Origin: Muribaculaceae bacterium | GTDB lineage: Bacteria > Bacteroidota > Bacteroidia > Bacteroidales > Muribaculaceae | NCBI GenBank assembly: GCA_016292745.1 | Contig: JAEDFO010000001.1 | Location: forward strand, 43,823 to 107,822 | Reading direction: 5' to 3' | Length of the DNA stretch: 64,000 nucleotides | The notes under the pieces: model-generated | What the model was told of the DNA's origin: nothing | The model's database searches: none | Seen by the model: the letters and a program-made list of their open reading frames with translations, nothing else | Shown: positions 1 through 9,962 of the stretch, one piece after another | How positions within the stretch are numbered: position 1 is the stretch's first letter | Layout: each line of letters begins with the position of its first letter | Position numbers and translations under genes: made by a program

Positions 1-71
1 CTCGCGAGCAAGTTTCTTTTGCTCTTGAAAAAATCCACAAAGTGTTTAAGGCATACGGCTTAGTTGATTAA
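1..71 (+). CDS. 3' end of a gene running off the left edge (..REQVSFALEKIHKVFKAYGLVD*); product unknown
   Basis: Frame 3 is open from the window edge to TAA at 69-71, and a hairpin plus T-run follows at 97-126. The fragment is too short to assign. Confidence 0.25.
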   Translation, partial: REQVSFALEKIHKVFKAYGLVD

Positions 72-96
72 TTAAAATAGTGCATCACATATATTT

Positions 97-126
97 AAGG
101 CGAGCAGATTATTTCTCTCGCCTTTT
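97..126 (+). terminator. Rho-independent terminator candidate
   Basis: AAGGCGAG (97-104) pairs with CTCGCCTT (117-124), followed by TTTT. Confidence 0.5.
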
Positions 127-197
127 ATATTATCCGATATATAGATAATACAAGAAAAATTCTTATATTCGCATTGTATTTAAAAACAACAACAAAT

Positions 198-743
198 ATG
201 ATTTACCGTTTCAACATAGTCAGCGATGAAGTCAATAATTTCAAAAGAGTAATTGAAATTGACTCTGATGCTACTTTTTTCGATTTGCGCAATGCAATTC
301 TCGATTCTGTAGACTATACCAAGGACCAAATGGACTCGTTCTTCATTTGTGATGATGATTGGTCGAAGCGTATTGAGATTACTCTAACCGACATGGGTAC
401 AGACTCCGACGTCGACGTATATCTTATGGAAGACACCAAGTTGAGCGACTTGATTGAAGAAGACGACCAAAAGCTGCTATATGTGTTTGATTATCTTACT
501 GAGCGCGCATTCTTTATGGAAATGAAGGAGTCAATCCCCGGAAAATACCTTAGTGCGCCAGTATGCACCAAGAAAGTTGGCAAGGCTGGACCTCAGAATA
601 TTGATATCGATGAATTTACCGCATCGTCGGCCGATGTCCAATCGCAAGGCATCCTTGACGATGAATTCGACGACAATCTGTATGATGAAGATGAACTGGA
701 ATCGGAAGGGCTCACTGACTGTGACCTCGACGACTTGAACTAA
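198..743 (+). CDS. Conserved hypothetical protein, pRiA4b ORF-3-like N-terminal domain with strongly acidic C-terminal tail
   Basis: The track ORF 174-743 starts at TTG, so I trimmed it to the ATG at 198 (MIYRFNIVSDE..). The N-terminal pattern resembles the PF07929-type family as I recall it. The C-terminal ~50 aa are D/E-rich. Confidence 0.5.
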   Translation: MIYRFNIVSDEVNNFKRVIEIDSDATFFDLRNAILDSVDYTKDQMDSFFICDDDWSKRIEITLTDMGTDSDVDVYLMEDTKLSDLIEEDDQKLLYVFDYLTERAFFMEMKESIPGKYLSAPVCTKKVGKAGPQNIDIDEFTASSADVQSQGILDDEFDDNLYDEDELESEGLTDCDLDDLN

Positions 744-772
744 ACAGAATCTTTAGATATTTCTATATAATG

Positions 773-804
773 AAAGCGGCATCCGGGAAACCAGATGCCG
801 CTTT
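773..804. terminator. Bidirectional terminator hairpin between convergent genes
   Basis: AAAGCGGCATC (773-783) pairs with GATGCCGCTTT (794-804), flanked by an A-run and a T-run. Confidence 0.55.
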
Positions 805-824
805 AAATATCGGTAATTCAATAA

Positions 825-1985
825 TTAGCCAAGGAATCCGAGCAATGCTCCGGCAGCAACAGCTGAACCGATAACACCAGCTACGTTCGGGCCCATGGCA
901 TGCATGAGCAGGTAGTTGGTTGGATCGTATTGCAAACCGAGGTTGTTCGAGATACGGGCAGCCATAGGAACGGCCGATACACCGGCATTGCCGATGAGCG
1001 GGTTGAGTTTCTTGCTCTTTGGCAGAATCAGGTTGAAAATCTTAACGAAAAGCACACCCGATGTTGTGGCAATGATAAATGCCATGAAGCCAAGGAAGAA
1101 AATCTTGATTGTGTCCCAAGTAAGGAATTGCGATGCTTGAGTGGATGCACCAACTGTCATACCAAGAAGGATGGTGACGATGTCGGTGAGAGCGTTGCTG
1201 GCTGTCTTGGCCAGACGAGTTGTCACACCACTTTCACGAAGCAAGTTACCGAAGAAGAGCATACCCAACAGAGGCAGACCTGAAGGCACCACAAAACAAG
1301 TAAGAATCAAACCGATAATAGGAAAGAGAATCTTCTCGTTCTGTGATACGGCACGAGCAGGTTTCATCTTTATCAATCGCTCCTTCTTTGTTGTCAACAG
1401 TTTCATAATAGGCGGTTGGATAACAGGAACCAATGCCATATATGAATAAGCTGAAACGGCGATGGCACCCATCAAGTTAGGAGCCAGCTTAGAAGAGAGG
1501 AAGATTGCAGTTGGGCCGTCAGCACCACCGATGATACCGATAGCACCAGCTTGGTCGGGGTTGAATCCGAGAGCAAGCGATACTATGTATGCACCGAAGA
1601 TACCGAATTGGGCTGCAGCACCTACCAGCATCAACTTCGGGTTGGCAATCAAGGCTCCAAAGTCGGTCATTGCACCGATTCCGAGGAAGATAAGTGGTGG
1701 ATACCAGCCATATCGAACACCGCCATAGAGGATATTGAGAACCGAACCTTCTTCGTAAATACCTATTTCCATACCAGAGGTGAACGGTATGTTACCGATT
1801 AATATACCGAAGCCGATTGGAACCAATAGCATTGGCTCAAAGTTATGCTTAATGGCAAGATATAAGAAGAACAAGCCCACTAATATCATGATTAAGCATT
1901 GTGGTGAATCCATCAGGTTGTAGAAACCTGTGAATCTCCAAAATTCAAGTAAATTCTGAGCTATAAAATCCATAGCATTATTCAA
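825..1985 (-). CDS. mmdB: Sodium ion-translocating decarboxylase beta subunit (methylmalonyl-CoA/oxaloacetate decarboxylase, OadB/MmdB family)
   Basis: 386-aa polytopic membrane protein with OadB-like motifs (GGADGPT, GNAGVSAVPMAARI). It is the last gene of the mce-mmdA-...-BCCP operon. Confidence 0.9.
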   Translation of the reverse strand: MNNAMDFIAQNLLEFWRFTGFYNLMDSPQCLIMILVGLFFLYLAIKHNFEPMLLVPIGFGILIGNIPFTSGMEIGIYEEGSVLNILYGGVRYGWYPPLIFLGIGAMTDFGALIANPKLMLVGAAAQFGIFGAYIVSLALGFNPDQAGAIGIIGGADGPTAIFLSSKLAPNLMGAIAVSAYSYMALVPVIQPPIMKLLTTKKERLIKMKPARAVSQNEKILFPIIGLILTCFVVPSGLPLLGMLFFGNLLRESGVTTRLAKTASNALTDIVTILLGMTVGASTQASQFLTWDTIKIFFLGFMAFIIATTSGVLFVKIFNLILPKSKKLNPLIGNAGVSAVPMAARISNNLGLQYDPTNYLLMHAMGPNVAGVIGSAVAAGALLGFLG

Positions 1986-2415
1986 TTACGAGAAGATCGG
2001 TTCCTTCAGAAACAGAATCTCCCTTGTTGACCAAAATAGATTTAACAACGCCGTCCTTTGGAGCATTGATGTTGTTCTCCATTTTCATGGCTTCGAGAAT
2101 AACTACTACAGAACCTGCTGTTACAGAGTCGCCAACTTTAACCTTAATGTCGTTGATAACACCAGGAAGTGGTGATTTTACAGCTGCCTGTCCTGCCGAT
2201 GCAGCGGCTGGCTTGGCAATTACCTTCGCGCCGGTATCAGTTCTTGGAGCAGCGGCTGGCTTAACTGATGCTACTGTAGTTTTCTTAACTTCTTTTTCTT
2301 CGATTTCAACGTTGTAAGGTGTGCCGTTAACTTCTACTTGAACAACATTGCCTTCGATGTCGCCGACGGCTACCTTATAATCGTTACCATTGATTTTATA
2401 TTTATATTCTTTCAT
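1978..2415 (-). CDS. mmdC: Biotin carboxyl carrier subunit of the decarboxylase (biotin/lipoyl attachment domain)
   Basis: EAMKMEN biotinylation motif and an Ala/Pro-rich linker. It overlaps the mmdB start by 8 nt. Confidence 0.85.
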   Translation of the reverse strand: MKEYKYKINGNDYKVAVGDIEGNVVQVEVNGTPYNVEIEEKEVKKTTVASVKPAAAPRTDTGAKVIAKPAAASAGQAAVKSPLPGVINDIKVKVGDSVTAGSVVVILEAMKMENNINAPKDGVVKSILVNKGDSVSEGTDLLVIE

Positions 2416-2436
2416 AATAGTATAATTTAATTGAGT

Positions 2437-3369
2437 TTAACGGCGTGGCAATTCCCGTAAGGTATAAATCTTAGAGCTCCATGGTGAATATGCTCGTTTC
2501 ACTTTGTTGATAGTAAGGATTGTCGACTCTTGGTCGTGGGCATTCAGATGCTCGTAAAGAGCCATTGCTATTGCGGCTATTTCTTCACCTGAATCAGCAC
2601 CCTTTGATGATACGACGCTGTTGTCGATTACTTCAATACCATGCGATTCGAGTTTCTTCTTATGAGCAGAACGGGCATTGAGCATGCCAATGAATCTGAA
2701 GAGAATATAAAGCAGAATCAATGCACTGAACACAACCGACATGGCCATGATTGCCATCCCGACACCGTAAGGGTCATTAACTGCAAACTTCTCTATTTTG
2801 TCGTTCTTTTCAGAAACCTCATTAGGACTTCCGGGGGTTACATAATCGGCAGGAACTGTTGTGCCGTTGTGAATCTCCCATTCTCCATTTTTCAGACGCA
2901 CATATGCCTGGTTCGAACCGAGGCTGGCGGGCACTTCAATCTCATCAATCAGTGTCTCTCCGTTTGAATCGTACAGAGCGATGTAGTTTACTGCATTTGG
3001 AGTGAGTTTGATGTTCATGTGGAATGTTCCACGACCTGGCATGCCGTCGGCATGGAACACTGCATATTGCAATGGCGGAATCTTGGTGTTGACGTCGTTG
3101 CGTGGCACAGCATATCGTAATTCCGAAGCTTCATCGTTTTTGAAATGCTCAACGAATTCACGGTCGGTGGTGATGTATATGCTCGAAACGTCCATTGTGG
3201 CGTGAGTTGAGTTATAAAGTTCAACCCATGCTGTACACTGTCCGTATTCATCAACCAGGCTGCTGTCGTTTACCACCATCACTTCATTAACGTAGAGGCC
3301 TTTGCGGCTTTGTGCAAATGAAGTCCCGGCAAGTAATACCAAGAACAGTAATAATAATGATTTTCTCAT
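2437..3369 (-). CDS. Decarboxylase gamma/delta-type anchor subunit: signal peptide + lamin-tail-like domain + OadG-like TM helix + cytoplasmic tail
   Basis: N-terminal signal (LLLLFLVLLAGTSFAQS), an LTD-like start (LYVNEVMV..WVELYN), one TM helix (GMAIMAMSVVFSALILLYILF), and a position inside the operon. Confidence 0.6.
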   Translation of the reverse strand: MRKSLLLLFLVLLAGTSFAQSRKGLYVNEVMVVNDSSLVDEYGQCTAWVELYNSTHATMDVSSIYITTDREFVEHFKNDEASELRYAVPRNDVNTKIPPLQYAVFHADGMPGRGTFHMNIKLTPNAVNYIALYDSNGETLIDEIEVPASLGSNQAYVRLKNGEWEIHNGTTVPADYVTPGSPNEVSEKNDKIEKFAVNDPYGVGMAIMAMSVVFSALILLYILFRFIGMLNARSAHKKKLESHGIEVIDNSVVSSKGADSGEEIAAIAMALYEHLNAHDQESTILTINKVKRAYSPWSSKIYTLRELPRR

Positions 3370-3379
3370 AATAATTTAA

Positions 3380-4933
3380 TTATAGAGGAATGTTACCGTG
3401 TTTCTTAGCCGGGTTAACGACTTTCTTAGTTTGTAATTGCTGTAATGCGCGGATAACACGGAAACGAGTGTTACGTGGTTCGATAACATCGTCGATATAA
3501 CCGTATTTAGCGGCATTATATGGGTTGCAGAACAACTTGTTGTATTCAGCTTCTTTTTCTGCGAGGAATTTTGCTGGATCTGGTTGGTCTTTAGCTTCGC
3601 GTGCATAGAGAACTTCTACTGCGCCGGCACCACCCATAACTGCGATTTCAGCAGATGGCCATGCATAGTTCATGTCGCCACGCAGCTGCTTACAGCTCAT
3701 TACGATGTGGCTACCACCGTAGCTCTTACGCAATGTAACAGTTACTTTCGGAACTGTGGCTTCGCCATATGCGTAAAGCAGTTTTGCACCGTGGAGAATT
3801 ACAGCGTTGTACTCTTGGCCTGTGCCAGGCAAGAATCCAGGAACGTCGACGAGTGTAACCAACGGAATATTGAATGCGTCGCAGAAGCGAACGAAGCGGG
3901 CACCTTTGCGCGATGCATTGCAGTCGAGAACACCTGCAAGGTATTTTGGCTGGTTGGCAACGATACCAACAGACTGGCCGTTCATACGTGCGAAACCTAC
4001 TATGATATTCTTTGCATAGTCACGTTGTACTTCAAGGAATTCGCCATTATCGATGATTGCACCGATAACTTCATACATGTCGTACGATTTGTTTGGATTG
4101 TCAGGGATGATCTCATTGAGCGAATCTTCCAAACGGTCGATCGGGTCGGTGCATTCTACCAGTGGAGCCTCTTCAAGGTTGTTCTGTGGAATGAAGCTGA
4201 AGAGCTTGCGGATAATCTTAATGGCTTCTTCGCCGTCTTCTGCAGCAAAGTGGGTTACACCCGATTTAGTTGCGTGAACTACTGCGCCACCAAGTTGTTC
4301 TTGGCTTACATCTTCGCCGATAACTGTCTTTACTACCTTTGGACCTGTAAGGAACATATATGATATGCCTTTGGCCATGATTGTGAAGTCGGTAAGTGCC
4401 GGTGAATAAACTGCACCACCTGCACAAGGACCAAGAATGGCAGAAATCTGAGGAATTACACCTGATGCAAGAATATTGCGTTGGAAAATCTCGGCATAGC
4501 CTGCGAGTGCGTTGATACCTTCTTGGATACGAGCACCCCCCGAGTCGTTAAGGCCGATAACAGGTGCACCCATCTTCATGGCCATATCCATGATTTTGCA
4601 AATCTTCAACGACATTGTCTCGGAAAGCGAACCAGCTGATACTGTGAAATCTTGTGCAAATACATACACCAGACGGCCTTCGATTGTACCATAACCGGTG
4701 ACAACACCGTCGCCGAGATAATGCTTCTTCTCCATGCCGAAGTTGGTGCAACGATGAGTTACAAACATGTCGAGCTCTTCGAAACTGCCTTCGTCGAGAA
4801 GTTGAGCAATGCGTTCACGGGCTGTGTATTTGCCTTTGTCGTGTTGCTTCTGAATTGCTTTCTCGCCGCCGCCAAGACGCGCTTGTTCGCGCATCGAGAT
4901 CAATTCTTGTACTTTTTCAAGTTGACTACTCAT
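3380..4933 (-). CDS. mmdA: Methylmalonyl-CoA decarboxylase alpha subunit (acyl-CoA carboxyltransferase family)
   Basis: 517-aa carboxyl transferase with motifs [10 protein letters not shown] and [11 protein letters not shown], adjacent to mce. Confidence 0.9.
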   Translation of the reverse strand: MSSQLEKVQELISMREQARLGGGEKAIQKQHDKGKYTARERIAQLLDEGSFEELDMFVTHRCTNFGMEKKHYLGDGVVTGYGTIEGRLVYVFAQDFTVSAGSLSETMSLKICKIMDMAMKMGAPVIGLNDSGGARIQEGINALAGYAEIFQRNILASGVIPQISAILGPCAGGAVYSPALTDFTIMAKGISYMFLTGPKVVKTVIGEDVSQEQLGGAVVHATKSGVTHFAAEDGEEAIKIIRKLFSFIPQNNLEEAPLVECTDPIDRLEDSLNEIIPDNPNKSYDMYEVIGAIIDNGEFLEVQRDYAKNIIVGFARMNGQSVGIVANQPKYLAGVLDCNASRKGARFVRFCDAFNIPLVTLVDVPGFLPGTGQEYNAVILHGAKLLYAYGEATVPKVTVTLRKSYGGSHIVMSCKQLRGDMNYAWPSAEIAVMGGAGAVEVLYAREAKDQPDPAKFLAEKEAEYNKLFCNPYNAAKYGYIDDVIEPRNTRFRVIRALQQLQTKKVVNPAKKHGNIPL

Positions 4934-4951
4934 GACTTTATCAATATTTTA

Positions 4952-5365
4952 TTATTTATTTGGATTTTCACATAATTCAGTTAACACACCGATTGTTGAC
5001 TTCGGGTGCAGGAATGCAATGTTGAGGCCTTCGGCACCTTTGCGAGGAGCCTTGTCAATCAGACGTACGCCCTTGCCTTCAACTTCAGCCAATGCGTTTG
5101 CTACTCCATCTTCAACAGCAAATGCCAGATGATGGATTCCTTCGCCACGCTTTTCAATAAACTTGGCTACTGCGCTATCTTCGCTGGTGGGCTCAAGAAG
5201 TTCTATCTTAGTTTGTCCTACTTTGAAAAATGCTGTCTTAACTTTCTGGTCTGCAACTTCTTCGATTGAATAGCATTTGAAACCGAGAATGTTCTCATAA
5301 TAAGGAATTGCCTCTTCAAGACTCTTTACGGCGATTCCTAAATGTTCGATATGCGAAATATTCAT
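4952..5365 (-). CDS. mce: Methylmalonyl-CoA epimerase (VOC superfamily)
   Basis: 137 aa with HLGIAV..GIHHLAF..FLHPK motifs, first gene of the mmd operon. Confidence 0.85.
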   Translation of the reverse strand: MNISHIEHLGIAVKSLEEAIPYYENILGFKCYSIEEVADQKVKTAFFKVGQTKIELLEPTSEDSAVAKFIEKRGEGIHHLAFAVEDGVANALAEVEGKGVRLIDKAPRKGAEGLNIAFLHPKSTIGVLTELCENPNK

Positions 5366-5407
5366 AACACTTAATTTTGTTAGTTAAATAAGGTTTGTTA
5401 ATTACGG

Positions 5408-5415
5408 CAAATTTA
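5408..5415 (-). promoter_or_regulatory. Bacteroides-type -7 promoter box (TAAATTTG) for the mce-mmd operon
   Basis: The plus strand reads CAAATTTA, 42 nt upstream of the mce ATG. It matches TAnnTTTG. Confidence 0.35.
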
Positions 5416-5717
5416 GCAATAAAATTGCGTCTGACAAAACAATTAATTATAATTATAATAGGTGCATTTATACATTTCTGTCGGTATAATTGCCTTATTT
5501 ATATCACACGGATTCTTGGTTCTGCTGACTGTTTTTCTGTTTTCCTGTCAATGTCGTGTGTATTGTTTCAGTCTGTCCCGCTAATATATAAAATGTGATG
5601 AATACTGACGATATGTCAGTAATATTTGGCTGAAATTATGACAACCCCTTTTGGCATAACATTTGCAAAATCACTAATCGAAATTTATTTAGAAACAAAT
5701 TAAAAACAAAGATAATT

Positions 5718-7631
5718 ATGGGAAAAATAATTGGTATAGACCTCGGAACCACTAACTCGTGTGTTTCAGTTCTTGAAGGTAAAGATCCGGTAGTAATACC
5801 TAACAGCGAAGGACGTAACACCACTCCTTCTATCGTAGCATTTGTTGATGGTGGCGAACGTAAAGTTGGTGATCCTGCCAAGCGTCAGGCTATCACAAAC
5901 CCTACTCGCACAATTTTCTCTATTAAGCGATTCATGGGTGAAACCTACGACCAGGTTAACAACGAAATCAAGCGTGTGCCCTACTCTGTTGTTCGTGGCG
6001 ACAACAATACTCCACGTATCGACATAGATGGCCGTCAGTATACTCCACAGGAAATTTCGGCAATGATTCTTCAAAAGATGAAAAAAACAGCCGAGGATTA
6101 TCTTGGACAGGCTGTAACCGATGCTGTAATCACTGTTCCTGCCTATTTTAACGATTCTCAACGTCAGGCAACCAAGGAAGCAGGCGAAATTGCTGGTCTG
6201 AATGTTCGCCGTATAGTTAACGAACCTACAGCTGCTGCTTTGGCTTATGGACTTGACAAGTCGACAAGTGATAAGAAAATCGCTGTATTCGACCTTGGTG
6301 GCGGGACATTCGATATCTCAATCCTTGAATTGGGCGACGGTGTATTCGAAGTAAAGTCGACAAATGGAGATACTCATCTTGGAGGCGACGACTTCGACCA
6401 CGTGATTATCGACTGGCTTGCTGATGAATTCCAGAGCGAGGAAGGTGTTGACCTACGCAAGGACCCAATGGCTCTCCAACGTCTTAAGGAAGCTGCCGAA
6501 AAGGCAAAGATTGAACTTTCGAGTTCTTCATCTGCCGAAATCAACTTGCCATACATCATGCCGGTTAATGGTATTCCGAAACATCTTGTAAAGACTCTTA
6601 CTCGCGCTAAGTTTGAACAACTTTGCGACCGTCTGATCCAGGCCACTATTCCTCCTTGTCAGCAAGCGCTGAAAGATGCAGGTCTTTCGGTTTCTGATAT
6701 CGATGAAGTAATCCTGGTTGGTGGTTCAACCCGAATCCCTGCTATTCAGCAGATTGTTGAACGTTTCTTCGGAAAAGCTCCTTCAAAGGGCGTAAATCCT
6801 GACGAAGTAGTTGCTGTTGGTGCTGCCATCCAAGGTGGTGTGCTTAGCGGTGACGTTAAGGACGTGCTTCTTCTCGACGTAGTTCCGTTGTCGGTTGGTA
6901 TCGAAACCCTTGGCAATGTAATGACCAAGCTTATTGAAGCTAACACAACAATTCCTACCCGCAAGAGCGAAGTGTTCTCTACTGCTGTCGACAATCAGCC
7001 TTCTGTTGAAATCCACGTTCTTCAGGGTGAGCGACCAATGGCTAAAGACGATAAGACACTTGGCCGATTCATCCTCGATGGTATTGCTCCTGCAATGCGT
7101 GGTGTTCCTCAGATTGAAGTTACTTTTGAAATCGATGCAAACGGTATTCTCAACGTATCGGCAAAAGACAAAGCGACCGGTAAGGAACAGAGCATCAGAA
7201 TCGAGGCTTCAAGTGGCTTGACTGATGAAGAAATCAAGCGCATGAAGGACGAAGCTGCTGCAAATGCTGCTGCCGACGCTAAGGAAAAAGAAAGAGCCGA
7301 TAAACTCAATCAAGCCGACTCGATGATTTTCCAGACAGAAAAGAGCCTTAAGGATCTTGGCGACAAGTTGCCAGCCGACCGTAAGGAGTCGATTACCGAA
7401 GCTCTTAACAAGCTTAAAGAAGCTCATAAATCGCAGGATTTGGCTGCTATCGATGCCGCTATGAATGAGCTTAACTCTCGTTTCCAGGCTGCTTCGCAGG
7501 ATCTCTACAACGCTCAGCAGCAAGCTGGTGCTAACCCTAATGCAGGTGCAAATTCTGGTCAGGGTGCTGCTGGAAACAATGGCTCTAATGGAGAAGATGT
7601 AACTGACGTTCCTTTTGAGGAGGTAAAGTAA
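5718..7631 (+). CDS. dnaK: Molecular chaperone DnaK (Hsp70)
   Basis: [17 protein letters not shown] and [11 protein letters not shown] motifs, 637 aa. Confidence 0.98.
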   Translation: MGKIIGIDLGTTNSCVSVLEGKDPVVIPNSEGRNTTPSIVAFVDGGERKVGDPAKRQAITNPTRTIFSIKRFMGETYDQVNNEIKRVPYSVVRGDNNTPRIDIDGRQYTPQEISAMILQKMKKTAEDYLGQAVTDAVITVPAYFNDSQRQATKEAGEIAGLNVRRIVNEPTAAALAYGLDKSTSDKKIAVFDLGGGTFDISILELGDGVFEVKSTNGDTHLGGDDFDHVIIDWLADEFQSEEGVDLRKDPMALQRLKEAAEKAKIELSSSSSAEINLPYIMPVNGIPKHLVKTLTRAKFEQLCDRLIQATIPPCQQALKDAGLSVSDIDEVILVGGSTRIPAIQQIVERFFGKAPSKGVNPDEVVAVGAAIQGGVLSGDVKDVLLLDVVPLSVGIETLGNVMTKLIEANTTIPTRKSEVFSTAVDNQPSVEIHVLQGERPMAKDDKTLGRFILDGIAPAMRGVPQIEVTFEIDANGILNVSAKDKATGKEQSIRIEASSGLTDEEIKRMKDEAAANAAADAKEKERADKLNQADSMIFQTEKSLKDLGDKLPADRKESITEALNKLKEAHKSQDLAAIDAAMNELNSRFQAASQDLYNAQQQAGANPNAGANSGQGAAGNNGSNGEDVTDVPFEEVK

Positions 7632-7652
7632 ACAACATTATAACTTGAAGAT

Positions 7653-7693
7653 AAAAGGTGTGTAACTCTTTAGCGGTTCCACACCTTTTTCGT
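7653..7693 (+). terminator. dnaK Rho-independent terminator
   Basis: AAAAGGTGTG (7653-7662) pairs with CACACCTTTT (7680-7689), followed by T. Confidence 0.6.
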
Positions 7694-7756
7694 TGTTGAA
7701 GCATCCCACTGGCCCATTTTATATTGCTCTTGAAACAGTTTTTGCTTTGGTTTTAT

Positions 7757-7764
7757 TATTTTTG
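7757..7764 (+). promoter_or_regulatory. -7 promoter box TATTTTTG
   Basis: Matches TAnnTTTG, 18 nt upstream of the ATG at 7783. Confidence 0.35.
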
Positions 7765-7782
7765 CAATAAAAATCGATATAA

Positions 7783-8280
7783 ATGATTTCTGATTTTGCG
7801 GCAATAGACTTTGAAACGGCAAACCAACATCGTTCGAGCGTGTGCAGTGTAGGTGTTGTAGTAGTAAGAGGAGGCATAATAGTAGATAAATACTACAGTC
7901 TGATATATCCTCGTCCTGGGTTCTTCACCCCGTGGACTACAGAAGTGCACGGGCTGACAATGGATGATGTGGAAGATGCTCGTAAATTCCCGGAGGTGTG
8001 GAAGGAGTTGGCTCCGAAAATTGCAGGATTAACTTTGGTTGCACACAATTCCCCTTTTGATGAAGGTTGTTTGAAAGCGGCATTCGATGCTTACGATATG
8101 GATTATCCGGGCTATAAATTTCTCTGCACTTGCCGTGCATCACGAAATAAACTACGCGGTATTTTGCCTAATCATCAACTGCATACTGTTTCCGATTATT
8201 GCGGTTATAATCTTGCTAATCACCATCATGCGCTTGCCGATGCAGAAGCTTGTGCTATGATTGCATTGAAATTATTATAA
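7783..8280 (+). CDS. DEDDh 3'-5' exonuclease (DnaQ/epsilon-like)
   Basis: Exo motifs IDFETAN, AHNSPFD and HHALADAEA. Confidence 0.8.
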   Translation: MISDFAAIDFETANQHRSSVCSVGVVVVRGGIIVDKYYSLIYPRPGFFTPWTTEVHGLTMDDVEDARKFPEVWKELAPKIAGLTLVAHNSPFDEGCLKAAFDAYDMDYPGYKFLCTCRASRNKLRGILPNHQLHTVSDYCGYNLANHHHALADAEACAMIALKLL

Positions 8281-8308
8281 AAAGTCATGACCTCTTGGCC
8301 ATGACTTT
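8281..8308 (+). terminator. Hairpin directly after the exonuclease gene (weak terminator or attenuator)
   Basis: AAAGTCATG (8281-8289) pairs with CATGACTTT (8300-8308). There is no long T-run. Confidence 0.35.
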
Positions 8309-8325
8309 AACTAAAAATTAGAATA

Positions 8326-8502
8326 ATGAGTATTCCTAACGACCCTATCATCCTATTGAGCTATATCAATACGCAATTGCGCGACAATTACGAATCGCTT
8401 GATGAACTATGCGCTTCGCTTGACATTGACCGTTCGGAATTGTGCGAGAAACTCGGCGCTGTTGGCTTTGTATACGACGAAACTACTAATCAGTTTAAAT
8501 AA
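8326..8502 (+). CDS. Small conserved protein, DUF4250-like (58 aa)
   Basis: Hand-translated ORF MSIPNDPIILLSYINTQLRDNYESLDELCASLDIDRSELCEKLGAVGFVYDETTNQFK*. It falls below the track cut-off and resembles the Bacteroidales DUF4250 family as I recall it. Confidence 0.6.
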   Translation: MSIPNDPIILLSYINTQLRDNYESLDELCASLDIDRSELCEKLGAVGFVYDETTNQFK

Positions 8503-8877
8503 CTACTTCACCTCGAGTACTTCAATCCAGTATCCGTCAGGGTCTTCTATGAAATATAGTCCCATGTCGGTGTTGACGTAGCATACTGCGCCCATCTCTT
8601 CGTGGTGTTTCCTTACCTCGTCATAATTCTCAACGCGAACACACAGATGAAATTCACATTCACCCAGGTCGTATTTTTGTGGATGGTCTTTGAGCCAAGT
8701 GAGTTCCAACTTGAAATCGGTGGACTTATCTGTAAGATAAACAATTATAAACGAGCCATCTTTAGCCACAATACGGCTTTGTTCCACAAGATTCAATGCA
8801 TCGTTGTAAAATTTGATGCTTTTGTCTAAATCTGAAACATTGAAGTTAAAGTGGTCGAATTTCGATTTAATTTCCAT
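8503..8877 (-). CDS. VOC family protein (glyoxalase I / lactoylglutathione lyase-like)
   Basis: 124 aa with a single VOC fold (HFNFNV..EFHLCV..YWIEV). Confidence 0.75.
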   Translation of the reverse strand: MEIKSKFDHFNFNVSDLDKSIKFYNDALNLVEQSRIVAKDGSFIIVYLTDKSTDFKLELTWLKDHPQKYDLGECEFHLCVRVENYDEVRKHHEEMGAVCYVNTDMGLYFIEDPDGYWIEVLEVK

Positions 8878-8883
8878 ATAAGT

Positions 8884-9612
8884 TTAGATATTTATTGATA
8901 CTGATTGTCCTGGTGTGGATAAATTATGATATTTGCCTTCTTGCTTGTTGGCATATTTTTCGAAGCGAAAAGCCTCTTCGGTAAATCCTGTGAAATGCAT
9001 AGGGAAAAAGTGCCCTATGTGAAAGTTCTCAGTAAATTGCTTTGCCCCACGGAAATAATCACTGCCGATTCGTGCATCTACCGGAAACATGGCAATCTGA
9101 AAAGTGTCAGTGACGGCTTTGATGTCGCGAAGTATTGCCTGATAATCGCCTTCTGCTTTTCTGATTTCCTGAGGCGTCGACTCGTCGGCCCAATGCCAAT
9201 TGTTCAAGTCGCCGGCGTGGAAAATCTTACTCCCTGATATAGTAACGCAAAACGACACTCCCACATCGGTCGATGAAAATGCATTAATTGAAATGTCATT
9301 GATGCTTAATTCAGAATTGCTCTTCATGAATATTGTGCTCTCCGGGAAATTAGCCCTCCGGCAATGTCGTTTCACTTCATTGGCAATCACAAATGTAGCG
9401 TTAGGGAATAATTTGAATATCTCAGGATTGAAGTGGTCGTGGTGTGAATGAGAAACAAACACATACACTCCGTCGTATCTCGATATGTCAATGCTTTTAG
9501 CCACATTCGACTCATCGATAAAGTAATCGAAAACAAGCAGTTTTCTGCATATTTCAATCATAAAGCCACTATGGCCAACGAATGTTACGGTTGCGCATTG
9601 AGTTCGCTCCAT
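8884..9612 (-). CDS. MBL-fold metallo-hydrolase
   Basis: HSHHDH metal-binding motif and GHSGFMIE near the N-terminus. Confidence 0.75.
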   Translation of the reverse strand: MERTQCATVTFVGHSGFMIEICRKLLVFDYFIDESNVAKSIDISRYDGVYVFVSHSHHDHFNPEIFKLFPNATFVIANEVKRHCRRANFPESTIFMKSNSELSINDISINAFSSTDVGVSFCVTISGSKIFHAGDLNNWHWADESTPQEIRKAEGDYQAILRDIKAVTDTFQIAMFPVDARIGSDYFRGAKQFTENFHIGHFFPMHFTGFTEEAFRFEKYANKQEGKYHNLSTPGQSVSINI

Positions 9613-9962
9613 CCTATCTTAAAATATTCACGATTATAATCTACAGGTCGCAGTATTATGTCATTGGCAATGACAATGTCGAGGTCAATTGGAATCTCAC
9701 CATTTAGTTTTGATTCTTTGCTGCGGCCACAATTAATCTCATACTGCTTGAGCATGTCGTTCAGGTCGTTGTGGCTATGTTCAGATTCACAAATGGCCAC
9801 AGCATTCATATATTCGTTGTCCACCTGGTTGATTGCTTCGGTACAGTATACCGATGACGCCTTAATCGATTTTGCTATTGAACTTAACCAATCGATTGCT
9901 TTTGCCAATTGTATATCTCTATCGGCACTGTTACTCCCTATACTAATTACATATCTGTTCAT
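9585..9962 (-). CDS. Divergent, short HPPK-like protein (2-amino-4-hydroxy-6-hydroxymethyldihydropteridine diphosphokinase family)
   Basis: ISIGSN.., YMNAV.., IDLDIV.. are colinear with FolK, but the protein is only 125 aa. Its ATG overlaps the tex stop as ATGA. Confidence 0.5.
   Translation of the reverse strand: MNRYVISIGSNSADRDIQLAKAIDWLSSIAKSIKASSVYCTEAINQVDNEYMNAVAICESEHSHNDLNDMLKQYEINCGRSKESKLNGEIPIDLDIVIANDIILRPVDYNREYFKIGWSELNAQP

Noticed and set aside
3584-4363. 259-aa plus-strand ORF
   Set aside because: It is entirely antisense to the well-supported carboxyltransferase gene (3380-4933). It is Cys/Phe/Thr-rich with no recognisable motif, which is typical of a shadow ORF.
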